Shown here: positions 7,563 to 14,726 of the stretch, in pieces | Position numbering within the stretch: the first letter of the stretch is position 1 | Layout of the letters: every line of letters begins with the position of its first letter | Source of the DNA: an uncultured Candidatus Saccharibacteria bacterium | GTDB lineage: Bacteria; Patescibacteriota; Minisyncoccia; UBA6257; 2-01-FULL-56-20 | Direction of reading: 5' to 3' | DNA length: 35,207 nt | Assembly: GCA_964355785.1 (NCBI GenBank) | Contig: CAYHEU010000001.1 | Span: 1-35,207, forward strand | The notes under the pieces: model-generated | Told to the model about the DNA's origin: nothing | Databases searched by the model: none | What the model saw: only the letters and a program-made list of their open reading frames with translations | Position numbers and translations under genes: made by a program

Positions 7563-8336
7563 ATGGGGAAAATTCTTAAAATCGCGCTCGCAAGCATCGT
7601 GGCAGCAGCGTTCATTCTGCCGCAGAGCTCGGGCGCACAGAATCAGACAAGCACTCCGCGAAGAGGAGAGAATTTCTGCAACGTCCTTACAGAGCGTTTG
7701 TCGAAAATTGATCAAAATCTTACGGAGAGAATGGGGAAAATTGACGCGCGGCGAACCGAGCGGAAGACCAAAATCGAAGACAGAGTCGACGAACGGAAAG
7801 ATCGGGTAACAGAACATCGTGAAAGGATGGACGAACGGCTCAGCGAACATATGGCAAAGATCGAGGAACGCGCAGCAACCGAAACCCAAAAACAGGCGGT
7901 TGCGGCATTCAGAACCGCGATGACCCAAGCGATAAACGCACGGAGAACCGCAGTAGATCAGGCGGTAAACGCGTTTCACGGAACTGTCGGTCAACTTGTT
8001 GCCCAAAGGAAGACCACAATTGATCAGGCAATCTCGGCCGCAAAGAGTGCAAAGCAGGCGGCATTCGATAAAGCAAAGACGGATTGCGCCGCGAGCGTGG
8101 ACGCGAGAACCGTTCGCGAGAATCTCGTTGCCGCGATAAAATCAACGAAGGATACTTTCACTATCACAGTAAAGGCAGCGCAGGATGCATTTAGGACCAG
8201 TTTTGAAGCCGCGAAGAACACAAAGAAAGCGGCTTTTGAAAAAGCGCACGCGGACTTCAAGGCGGCGCTCGAGAAAGCAAAAGCGGACCTGAAGGCAGTA
8301 CTCGGAAACACCGGATCAACGAGCACGACGCCATAA
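7563..8336 (+). CDS. Secreted all-alpha repeat protein (hypothetical)
   Basis: ATG at 7563 gives the signal peptide MGKILKIALASIVAAAFILPQSSGAQ. The remainder is K/E/A/R-rich heptad-like helical repeats. The ORF-track start at 7524 is an upstream extension that overlaps the previous gene. Confidence 0.75.
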   Translation: MGKILKIALASIVAAAFILPQSSGAQNQTSTPRRGENFCNVLTERLSKIDQNLTERMGKIDARRTERKTKIEDRVDERKDRVTEHRERMDERLSEHMAKIEERAATETQKQAVAAFRTAMTQAINARRTAVDQAVNAFHGTVGQLVAQRKTTIDQAISAAKSAKQAAFDKAKTDCAASVDARTVRENLVAAIKSTKDTFTITVKAAQDAFRTSFEAAKNTKKAAFEKAHADFKAALEKAKADLKAVLGNTGSTSTTP

Positions 8337-8362
8337 TCGTTCTTTCTGCCTTTTTGGTGTAG

Positions 8363-8397
8363 ACCGAGCCCCGCTTAGTGGGGCTCGGTTTTGTGTT
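8363..8397 (+). terminator. Rho-independent terminator
   Basis: ACCGAGCCCC-GCTTAGT-GGGGCTCGGT followed by TTTTGTGTT, 27 nt after the stop at 8336. Confidence 0.75.
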
Positions 8398-8409
8398 ACA
8401 ATACAACGT

Positions 8410-9468
8410 ATGGAAGACAAAAAAATCATCTCCACCATCAAAAAGGTGATGCCTGCGGTCGTTTCGATCATAATCTCAAAACACCTTGAAGATATCGAAA
8501 AAGAAATCCCGCCGGAACTTTATCCTTTTCTTCCCGTTGATCCAAGCGACCCGGCTCACCCGAAACTTAAGATACCCGATGCACTCGTCGACAAGCGCGG
8601 CATGGTGAAGATCGGGGGCGGATCCGGCTTCATAGTAGAGTCTGATGGCCTTATCCTTACGAATAAGCATGTGATCAGCGACCCGAAGGCGGAATATACG
8701 ATCATCGCGGATGATGGCCGGAGGTTCAGCGGAGAAATCTTGACCCGCGACCCCATAAACGATGTCGCAATCCTTAAAATCAACGCATCAAATCTTCCGC
8801 GGGTGTTGCTCGGCAATGCCGCAAAACTTGAGCTTGGCCAAGGCGCAATCGCAATCGGAAACGCTCTGGGGCTTTTCAAAAATACCGTTTCTTTGGGCAT
8901 AATATCAGGACTCTCGCGTTCAATCTCCGCACAGGCGGATCCAAAATCCCCGCCGCAGGAAATGCGGGGGCTTATCCAAACGGACGCGGCAATCAATCCG
9001 GGAAACTCCGGCGGCCCCCTCGTGGACCTCTCCGGCTTCGCGATCGGCATAAACGCCGCAATCGTCTTTGGCGCCCAAAACATCGGCTTTGCGATTCCCA
9101 TAAACGCCGCGAAGCGGGATCTTGACGATCTCAAAAAATTTGGACGCATCCGGCGTCCGCTCTTAGGCGTCCGCTATATTACGATCGACGACAACCTCAA
9201 GGAAAAAATGAATTTGCCGGTAAGCTACGGGGCGCTCGTAATGCGCGAATCACCGCACGATCACGGCGTGCTTCCAAACGGACCCGCACACAAAGCCGGC
9301 ATCCGCGAAAAAGACATTATTCTCGAATGTAACCACAAGAAGGTTGACCGCGACCACCCTATCCAGGATGTTCTCGAGAACTTGAATGTCGGCGATATCC
9401 TCGAACTTCTCGTGCTCCGCGGCGAAAAAAAGTTCCCCGTAAAACTCACGCTCGCAGAGAGAAAGTAG
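8410..9468 (+). CDS. HtrA/DegP-family (S1C) serine protease with C-terminal PDZ domain
   Basis: 352 aa. Catalytic triad contexts LTNKHV (His), NDVAILKI (Asp) and GNSGGPLVD (Ser). PDZ-like C-terminus (GALVMRE…GDILELLVLRG). Confidence 0.9.
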   Translation: MEDKKIISTIKKVMPAVVSIIISKHLEDIEKEIPPELYPFLPVDPSDPAHPKLKIPDALVDKRGMVKIGGGSGFIVESDGLILTNKHVISDPKAEYTIIADDGRRFSGEILTRDPINDVAILKINASNLPRVLLGNAAKLELGQGAIAIGNALGLFKNTVSLGIISGLSRSISAQADPKSPPQEMRGLIQTDAAINPGNSGGPLVDLSGFAIGINAAIVFGAQNIGFAIPINAAKRDLDDLKKFGRIRRPLLGVRYITIDDNLKEKMNLPVSYGALVMRESPHDHGVLPNGPAHKAGIREKDIILECNHKKVDRDHPIQDVLENLNVGDILELLVLRGEKKFPVKLTLAERK

Positions 9469-9501
9469 AACAGCGAGTAGAAAGTAGGCGGTAGAAAGTA
9501 G
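9466..9501 (+). repeat. Heptad-periodic TAG array (left arm, GTAG heptamers)
   Basis: Plus-strand TAG at 9466 (the htrA stop), 9478, 9485, 9492 and 9499. The last four are spaced exactly 7 nt apart, so all three frames are closed. The arm is imperfectly complementary to the right arm at 9873..9903. Confidence 0.8.
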
Positions 9502-9514
9502 AGCTTTCAAGAAA

Positions 9515-9865
9515 ATGACCGGTGGATACAAAAATCTTATTGTGTGGCAAAAAGCGAAACTGCTTGCGATAGAAGTCTACAAACTAACCGACAACTTTCC
9601 AAAATCAGAAGTTTATGGCATTAGCTCGCAAATGCGCAGGGCGGCAGTTTCTATTCCCTCTAATATAGCTGAGGGTTATCGCCGGCACCATCACAAAGAA
9701 CAACTCCAATTTTTCAGAATAGCTTTCGGTTCGGGTGCGGAACTTGAGACTCAAATCGAAATAAGCAAAGAGATTTTCCCTCAATACAAATTGAATTTCA
9801 CAAAGGTGGAAATTCTGCTTGAGGAAATAATGAAAATACTCAACAAGCTAACTTTAGCCGATTGA
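9515..9865 (+). CDS. Four-helix-bundle protein (23S rRNA intervening-sequence protein / Avd-like family)
   Basis: 116 aa. YKNLIVWQKA…LAIEVYKLTDNFPKSE…ISSQMRRAAVSIPSNIAEGY…FFRIAFGSGAELETQIEIS is the hallmark pattern of this family. Confidence 0.85.
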   Translation: MTGGYKNLIVWQKAKLLAIEVYKLTDNFPKSEVYGISSQMRRAAVSIPSNIAEGYRRHHHKEQLQFFRIAFGSGAELETQIEISKEIFPQYKLNFTKVEILLEEIMKILNKLTLAD

Positions 9866-9872
9866 TCGCGCC

Positions 9873-9903
9873 TTACTCTCTACTCTCTACTTGCTACTCT
9901 CTA
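9873..9903 (-). repeat. Heptad-periodic TAG array (right arm, read on the minus strand)
   Basis: Plus-strand CTA at 9880, 9887, 9894 and 9901, which reads as minus-strand TAG every 7 nt. The last one is the stop codon of the 9901..10809 gene. CTACTCT heptamers. Confidence 0.8.
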
Positions 9904-10809
9904 GTATGTGTAGAGATCCACAAGGAGGCCGTTCTGATCGAGGAGAAGCACTCTGTCGTGCCGAAAATCAAGGAACTTGCTGTTTGGGCCGGTGTTCCCC
10001 GTCCACGCACGAACTTCTCTCCCAAGAAAATCCTCGTCGTTCTGATATTTTTCAAAACACCCGCGGTAGTTGATTTTATTCAAATACGCACGGCATTCGT
10101 AGTCGTCGAGCGCAATCGGCGGGTTCGATTCCGGCTCTGCGCAGTAACCGAGGGAATAAATATAGTCCTGACACTCACCGCGAAACCTCGAGATTCCATA
10201 CGAATCGACGATCGAAGGACAACCTCCGTAAAGCGGCGGATTAAAGTCGTAGTACTTCTCGAGATAGCCGAGGCACTTGTTAAGCCGCAAGTTGCGGCCG
10301 ATGGGACTTACCGTTGAGTAAATATTTAAGGAATCGCCGCTCCGCAGATAAATGTTGTTTTCCGGAGCATTCCCGAGCGGATCATAAACCTGAACGGCGC
10401 GATAAGGAACATTTTGAAAGCTTTTGTTCCCTTGGAGGCGCCAGCCCTTGAGCGGAATCGCGCGTTCGCCGTCGAACCATGCCGAAAGGACGATTTGGCT
10501 GTAATCGTCCGGAGAACCCGGGAATGCGGTCGCAATTCTCACCTTGTGGAAATAGGGTGAGAGCTGGTCGAGCGTAAATCCTTGGGGAATTTCTCCGGGG
10601 TCAATACTCGGAAGATTCCCTTGCGGCGGGGGCTCTTCCTGTGGTGGTTCGTTTTGCGGCGGAGGAATATTTTCCCCTCCCTCGTGAACCGCTCCTTTGG
10701 TCGACGTTGAATTTTCTCCTAGAGGACCCTGGAGCCGCCCCGGCTGATTTACATAAATCGCGGCTCCGATAAGAACGGCGAAAATTACAATTCCAAAAAT
10801 CCTCCCCAT
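9901..10809 (-). CDS. Membrane-anchored secreted protein, possible lamin-tail-like (LTD) domain plus Cys-rich C-terminal region
   Basis: 302 aa. GGAGG RBS. N-terminal TM helix IFGIVIFAVLIGAAIYV, a Pro-rich linker, then …IVLSAWFDGERAIPLKGWRLQGNK…IYLRSGDSLNIYS (LTD-like pattern), followed by 6 Cys. Confidence 0.75.
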   Translation of the reverse strand: MGRIFGIVIFAVLIGAAIYVNQPGRLQGPLGENSTSTKGAVHEGGENIPPPQNEPPQEEPPPQGNLPSIDPGEIPQGFTLDQLSPYFHKVRIATAFPGSPDDYSQIVLSAWFDGERAIPLKGWRLQGNKSFQNVPYRAVQVYDPLGNAPENNIYLRSGDSLNIYSTVSPIGRNLRLNKCLGYLEKYYDFNPPLYGGCPSIVDSYGISRFRGECQDYIYSLGYCAEPESNPPIALDDYECRAYLNKINYRGCFEKYQNDEDFLGREVRAWTGNTGPNSKFLDFRHDRVLLLDQNGLLVDLYTY

Positions 10810-10818
10810 ACCTCCTAA

Positions 10819-13800
10819 TTAAACCACGATATTTATCAAACGTTGAGGAACGTAGATCACGCGCTTCGGCTTTTTCCCCGCGAGAAACGCCGTTATTTTC
10901 TCTCTCCGAAGTGCGGTCTCTTTTGCATCAGATTCGGAAATATCCACATTGACCTCAACGCTGTCCCGAACCTTACCATTCACCTGAATTACCAACATAA
11001 ACTTTTCATCTTGAATAAGGCGTTCATCGTACGAAGGCCACGGCGAAATGTGGATTGAGTTCTTGTTTCCCAAAACATTTCTCCAAATCTCCTCGGTAAT
11101 GTGGGGCGCAAACGGGGCGAGGAGCTTGAGAAAATCTGAATAAGATTTTTTATCAGTCCCCTTTTCAAGTTCGGATAAAAGAATCATAAGCGAGCTTATT
11201 GCCGTATTGTAATGAAGATTTTCTATATCCTCGGTGATTTTCTTAATTGTTTTATGTACCAATCGCTCAATTTTCTTATTCGTGGCATTCGAGTTCATTT
11301 GGAGATTTGCATTGTGTTCTAATTTCCAAACCCGTTCCAAAAATCTCACCGGTCCCAAAATCCCCGCATCGCGGAAATCGCCGCCTTCCTCAAAGGGACC
11401 GATAAACATAAGATGCATACGGAGCGCATCTGCGCCAAATTTTTTGATGAACTCATCGGGGTTCACGATATTTCCCCGCGACTTTGAAATCTTTTTTCCT
11501 TCACGGATCAAAAGACCGTGCGCGCGAAATTTTTTTGCAGGTTCGTCTCCGCCCGAGGCGGATCCGCCTTTGGCGGAAAAAGGTAAAATCCCTAAGTCAC
11601 AAAGCGCTTTCCACATAAACCGGACGTAGAGAAGGTGGAGTACCGCGTGCTCCGCGCCGCCGATATACATATGAACCGGCAACCATTTTTTTATCCTGAG
11701 CTTGTCGAAGGGCGAATTCTTATCTTTTGGATCAAGATAGCGAAGATAGTACCACGCAGAATCAAGGAATGTGTCCGAAACGTCGGTTTCGCGAACCCCT
11801 TTTGCGCCACAGTGAGGACACTTCACCTCATAGAACGACCTTACCGTCGCAAGCGGCGATTTTCCCATGCCTTTCGGACGGAAATTTTTTACTTTCGGAA
11901 GTTCCACCGGCAAATCATTTTCTGGAACCGCATGCCAACCGGGCATATCATCCCTCTCGCCTCTTTTCTCCTTGGCACACGCCCCGCAGTAGATCATTGG
12001 AATCGGCGGCCCCCAATAGCGCTGGCGCGAGATCAACCAATCACGGAGGCGGTACTGGACCTTTTTTACTCCTCCGACATCACGCATCACCTTATCGCTA
12101 TCCACGAGCGGCGCATCGCTCGCGGGAAGCCCGAACATTTCCGCGAACTCCGCATCCCGCTCATCGTGCGCGGGGACGGCCATAATGGCGCCCGTGCCGT
12201 AACCCATAACCACATAATCAGCAACCCAGATGGGAATTTCTCGTTTTGTTCCGGGATTCATTGCCTCCACTCCTTTAAGCTCCACGCCTGTTTTCTTTCT
12301 TCCCTCGGCAATCCGCTCGTTTTCGGATTTCTTCTTTGCTCTTCTCACATATGCCTCAACTTCCCGAAGATTTAAGATCTGAGATTTTCCGCCCGAGGCG
12401 GATCCGCCTTTGGCGGAAAGATTTGAGATCAGTGGATGCTCTGGCGCAAGCACCACGTAGGTTGCGCCGTAGAGCGTGTCGGGACGCGTGGTGAAAACTT
12501 TTATTGTGGGCAACAGAGTATTTAATATAAGAGGTTCTTGCGCTCCTGTAAGATGCTCTTTATGTGCAAATCCTTCAATAAATTTAGTTTGTAATTTATC
12601 GCGCAAGTATTCTAAGTATGGACCTCGCTTATCTTTCTCCAGGGAATCGGAAATTATGGTTACAGAATTGCTCAATTTTTTCAGCAATTCGTAGTCATAT
12701 TCAAATGAAAAAGTTTTCCAAAATGGCCTCTCTTCGCCGGTACGAAAACGAGGCTCTACGGCTGGGGCAACAAGAACAAGCCCAGCGATGGGACGATTAA
12801 TCTTTTGCAATACTTTCATGGCTACTACTCCTCCTAAGCTATGACCAACGATAATAGTGTGCTCATTTATTCGGCAATTTTTAACAACATAATCAACTTG
12901 TTCCGATTCTACGGGATGATCAGTATTAGGCATTTGAGGTGCTTGGACACCAAAACCCTGTTGCTCCAGTTTCTCTTTTAACCACGGAATGAAGTTCTTA
13001 TTTACATGGCCAGTATAACCGTGGAGGATCAAAAAATTGGTATTTTTATTCAATACAACCGGAAAATCTATCTCCGTGCCTTCCGACTTCCCTATCCAGT
13101 TCCGCTGGGCAACTTTGATTCTCTCCGACCAATCAAGACCGTCCAGGTCTTTAATAAGGCGCTCGGCGTACTTGGTAATCCTGAAAAACCACTGTTCAAG
13201 CTCTTTTTTCTCCACGACAGAATCGCAGCGCTCGCATTTCCCGCCCGAACGACTGACGTCGCTCAGTCGGGCGGGCCCGCCAACAACCTGCTCGTCGGCT
13301 AAAACCGTGAGGCACGAGGGGCACCAGTTTACCGCCTGCTTTCTGCGGTAAGCCAGTCCGTTCTTGAACATTTGGGTGAAGATCCATTGCGTCCATTTGT
13401 AATACTTTGGATCAAAGGTTTCCAGATGCTCATTCCAAGCAAAACCATTGCCAATTTCACGGAGTTGGCGATAGAAGTTTTTCTCTGAAATTTTCGCTTG
13501 CTCGGCAGGATGCTTCTTTGTTTTCAATGCATAGTTTTCGGAGTGGATTCCAAAGCCATCAAGCCCGATCGGCTCGAAAACGTCATTCCCCTGCATCCGT
13601 TTCACGCGCCCATAGATATCGGATCCAACGAACGCATACATATTCCCGACATGGAGGCCCTCTGCCGATGGATATGGGAACATCATTAGGTTATAAAAAG
13701 GCGCAGCCTTTTTACCATGAGCCCGTCGAAGGGCAGAATGGTCACCTTGAGCGAAGGAGGGCTCATAAACCCCCTCTTTTAACCACTTGCTTTGCCAGTA

Positions 13801-13830
13801 TTTTTCTATCCTCTTAAAATCGTATTTCAT
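10819..13830 (-). CDS. leuS: Leucyl-tRNA synthetase with several in-frame insertions, including an alpha/beta-hydrolase domain
   Basis: Class I motifs: PYPSAEGLHVGN (HIGH-like) and KISKSRGN (KMSKS). Also NWCPSC…CERC Zn motif, NWIGKSEG, VFTTRPDT, YGTGAIMAVPAHDERD (CP1 editing domain) and RLRDWLISRQRYWG. Start placed at M18 (MKYDFKRIEKYWQ), which matches the conserved LeuRS N-terminus. The ORF itself extends up to 13881. Confidence 0.95.
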   Translation of the reverse strand: MKYDFKRIEKYWQSKWLKEGVYEPSFAQGDHSALRRAHGKKAAPFYNLMMFPYPSAEGLHVGNMYAFVGSDIYGRVKRMQGNDVFEPIGLDGFGIHSENYALKTKKHPAEQAKISEKNFYRQLREIGNGFAWNEHLETFDPKYYKWTQWIFTQMFKNGLAYRRKQAVNWCPSCLTVLADEQVVGGPARLSDVSRSGGKCERCDSVVEKKELEQWFFRITKYAERLIKDLDGLDWSERIKVAQRNWIGKSEGTEIDFPVVLNKNTNFLILHGYTGHVNKNFIPWLKEKLEQQGFGVQAPQMPNTDHPVESEQVDYVVKNCRINEHTIIVGHSLGGVVAMKVLQKINRPIAGLVLVAPAVEPRFRTGEERPFWKTFSFEYDYELLKKLSNSVTIISDSLEKDKRGPYLEYLRDKLQTKFIEGFAHKEHLTGAQEPLILNTLLPTIKVFTTRPDTLYGATYVVLAPEHPLISNLSAKGGSASGGKSQILNLREVEAYVRRAKKKSENERIAEGRKKTGVELKGVEAMNPGTKREIPIWVADYVVMGYGTGAIMAVPAHDERDAEFAEMFGLPASDAPLVDSDKVMRDVGGVKKVQYRLRDWLISRQRYWGPPIPMIYCGACAKEKRGERDDMPGWHAVPENDLPVELPKVKNFRPKGMGKSPLATVRSFYEVKCPHCGAKGVRETDVSDTFLDSAWYYLRYLDPKDKNSPFDKLRIKKWLPVHMYIGGAEHAVLHLLYVRFMWKALCDLGILPFSAKGGSASGGDEPAKKFRAHGLLIREGKKISKSRGNIVNPDEFIKKFGADALRMHLMFIGPFEEGGDFRDAGILGPVRFLERVWKLEHNANLQMNSNATNKKIERLVHKTIKKITEDIENLHYNTAISSLMILLSELEKGTDKKSYSDFLKLLAPFAPHITEEIWRNVLGNKNSIHISPWPSYDERLIQDEKFMLVIQVNGKVRDSVEVNVDISESDAKETALRREKITAFLAGKKPKRVIYVPQRLINIVV
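11548..11577 (-). repeat. Double-hairpin mini-element, family 2 (copy 2), in frame in leuS
   Basis: The sense strand TCCGCC-AAA-GGCGGA-TCCGCC-TCG-GGCGGA is exactly 10 codons (SAKGGSASGG) in phase. It is identical to 12388..12417. Confidence 0.85.
12388..12417 (-). repeat. Double-hairpin mini-element, family 2 (copy 1), in frame in leuS
   Basis: Same 30-mer (32 nt identical when flanks are included), encoding SAKGGSASGG at residues 489-498 of the ORF. Confidence 0.85.
13240..13275 (-). repeat. Structured palindromic mini-element, family 1, in frame in the leuS Zn-finger loop
   Basis: The sense strand CCCGCCCGAC-TGAGCGACGTCA-GTCGTTCGGGCGGG is exactly 12 codons (PARLSDVSRSGG, ORF codons 203-214). 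It sits between VVGG and KCERC. Same termini and same fold as 2257..2291. Confidence 0.85.
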
Positions 13831-13922
13831 TTTTTCTGCCTGCCCGCCGTAGTCCCGCAAAACGGAACGAAGGAGGGCCAATATTTTTCTATTTTTTGGA
13901 AGTTATAACTCTTCATTCAATA

Positions 13923-14324
13923 TTACAGGTTTCCTTTTTCTAGAAGTTCTCTTAAATAAATATCCACGCCCTGAAGTTTTTTTAAATCTTCTGGTTTAAA
14001 CCACTGGAATTCTGTATTTTCTTCGTTGAGCTTCACTACACCCTCCGCCTCCCCCAAGTACGTCAATCTCACAACGTGCCTACCCGAAACCCGCAAAATA
14101 TCTTGAGCAGCTATCAATTTTGGTTCTCCTGGAAGATCAAGGCCAACCTCCTCGCTAACTTCCCGTTTCAGGTTTTCCAATAAGGTTGAGCCGGGATTGA
14201 TACGCCCACCAGGAATGTCCCACACGCTACCAACCTCGGGATATTTATCCGAAGATCTCCGAACCATTAAGTATTTCCCCTCCTTGTCTCGTAATAGAAT
14301 TTTTACCCCGACCTGTAGTTCCAT
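13923..14324 (-). CDS. NUDIX hydrolase
   Basis: 133 aa with a Nudix box: GGRINPGSTLLENLKREVSEEVGL (GX5EX7REUXEEXGU pattern). Confidence 0.85.
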   Translation of the reverse strand: MELQVGVKILLRDKEGKYLMVRRSSDKYPEVGSVWDIPGGRINPGSTLLENLKREVSEEVGLDLPGEPKLIAAQDILRVSGRHVVRLTYLGEAEGVVKLNEENTEFQWFKPEDLKKLQGVDIYLRELLEKGNL

Positions 14325-14370
14325 TCTTATATTCTCTCTTATTTTAGATTAATCGCAAGGTTTTCGTCAC

Positions 14371-14406
14371 GTTTCAAAAAGAAAGCCCACCGGTTTTCAG
14401 TGGGCT
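14371..14406 (-). terminator. Rho-independent terminator (minus strand)
   Basis: Minus strand reads AGCCCAC-TGAAAACCG-GTGGGCT followed by TTCTTTTTG. The stem overlaps the last codons of the 98-aa ORF. Confidence 0.7.
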
Positions 14407-14693
14407 TGAGGATCCCTGCGGACACCCTTGATCTTTCTCTCCAATTCTTCCCGTATTGCACGGACATCCTCGGTGATTTCTTCCTCGGAGCATGTCCCGT
14501 GAAAGAGATCTGGCTTGAGCGAGAACATCGCCGCGCTGGCAAGGGGCGAGTCGTGCTCCCAGCCGTTCCGTTTTTTGAGGGAAGGAAAGATTTCTTCTTC
14601 CCACTTCGTAAGAATCGCATGAACAAGCCCTTCCCGTGCCTTGGGATCGTTCATCTGGATGAGCGGAATCTCGATCACAACTATTTTTGACAT
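14397..14693 (-). CDS. Hypothetical protein (98 aa)
   Basis: ATG 5 nt after GGAGG, with its own terminator. The C-terminal …EEEITEDVRAIREELERKI resembles the motif in the neighbouring 58-aa ORF. Confidence 0.65.
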   Translation of the reverse strand: MSKIVVIEIPLIQMNDPKAREGLVHAILTKWEEEIFPSLKKRNGWEHDSPLASAAMFSLKPDLFHGTCSEEEITEDVRAIREELERKIKGVRRDPQAH

Positions 14694-14726
14694 ATCAGCC
14701 TCCGAATGAAGACTTTCGGTGAACTG

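Noticed and set aside
7076-7615. 179-aa minus-strand ORF spanning the tRNA-Ser region.
   Set aside because: It overlaps a well-folded tRNA-Ser on the opposite strand and the plus-strand membrane-protein gene. Its sequence has no motifs.
9515-9865. Four-helix-bundle protein as the Avd component of a diversity-generating retroelement, with the adjacent 302-aa Cys-rich protein as the variable target.
   Set aside because: There is no reverse transcriptase gene in the window. No template/variable repeat pair is visible near 9.4-10.9 kb. The target C-terminus does not show an adenine-specific mutagenesis pattern.
11690-11720. Shared 10-mer GTCGAAGGGC (and similar flanks) at 11700-11716 and 13714-13734 in leuS as a third repeat family.
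   Set aside because: Only about 10 contiguous identical nt. The 11.7-kb site lies in a normally sized conserved LeuRS segment (…SPFDKLRIKKWLPV…), so there is no evidence of an insertion there. It is plausibly chance.
12517-13056. Intein in leuS.
   Set aside because: No N-terminal Cys/Ser splice junction, no block B TxxH, no C-terminal HN plus Cys/Ser/Thr, and no LAGLIDADG/HNH endonuclease motifs. The sequence reads as an alpha/beta hydrolase instead.
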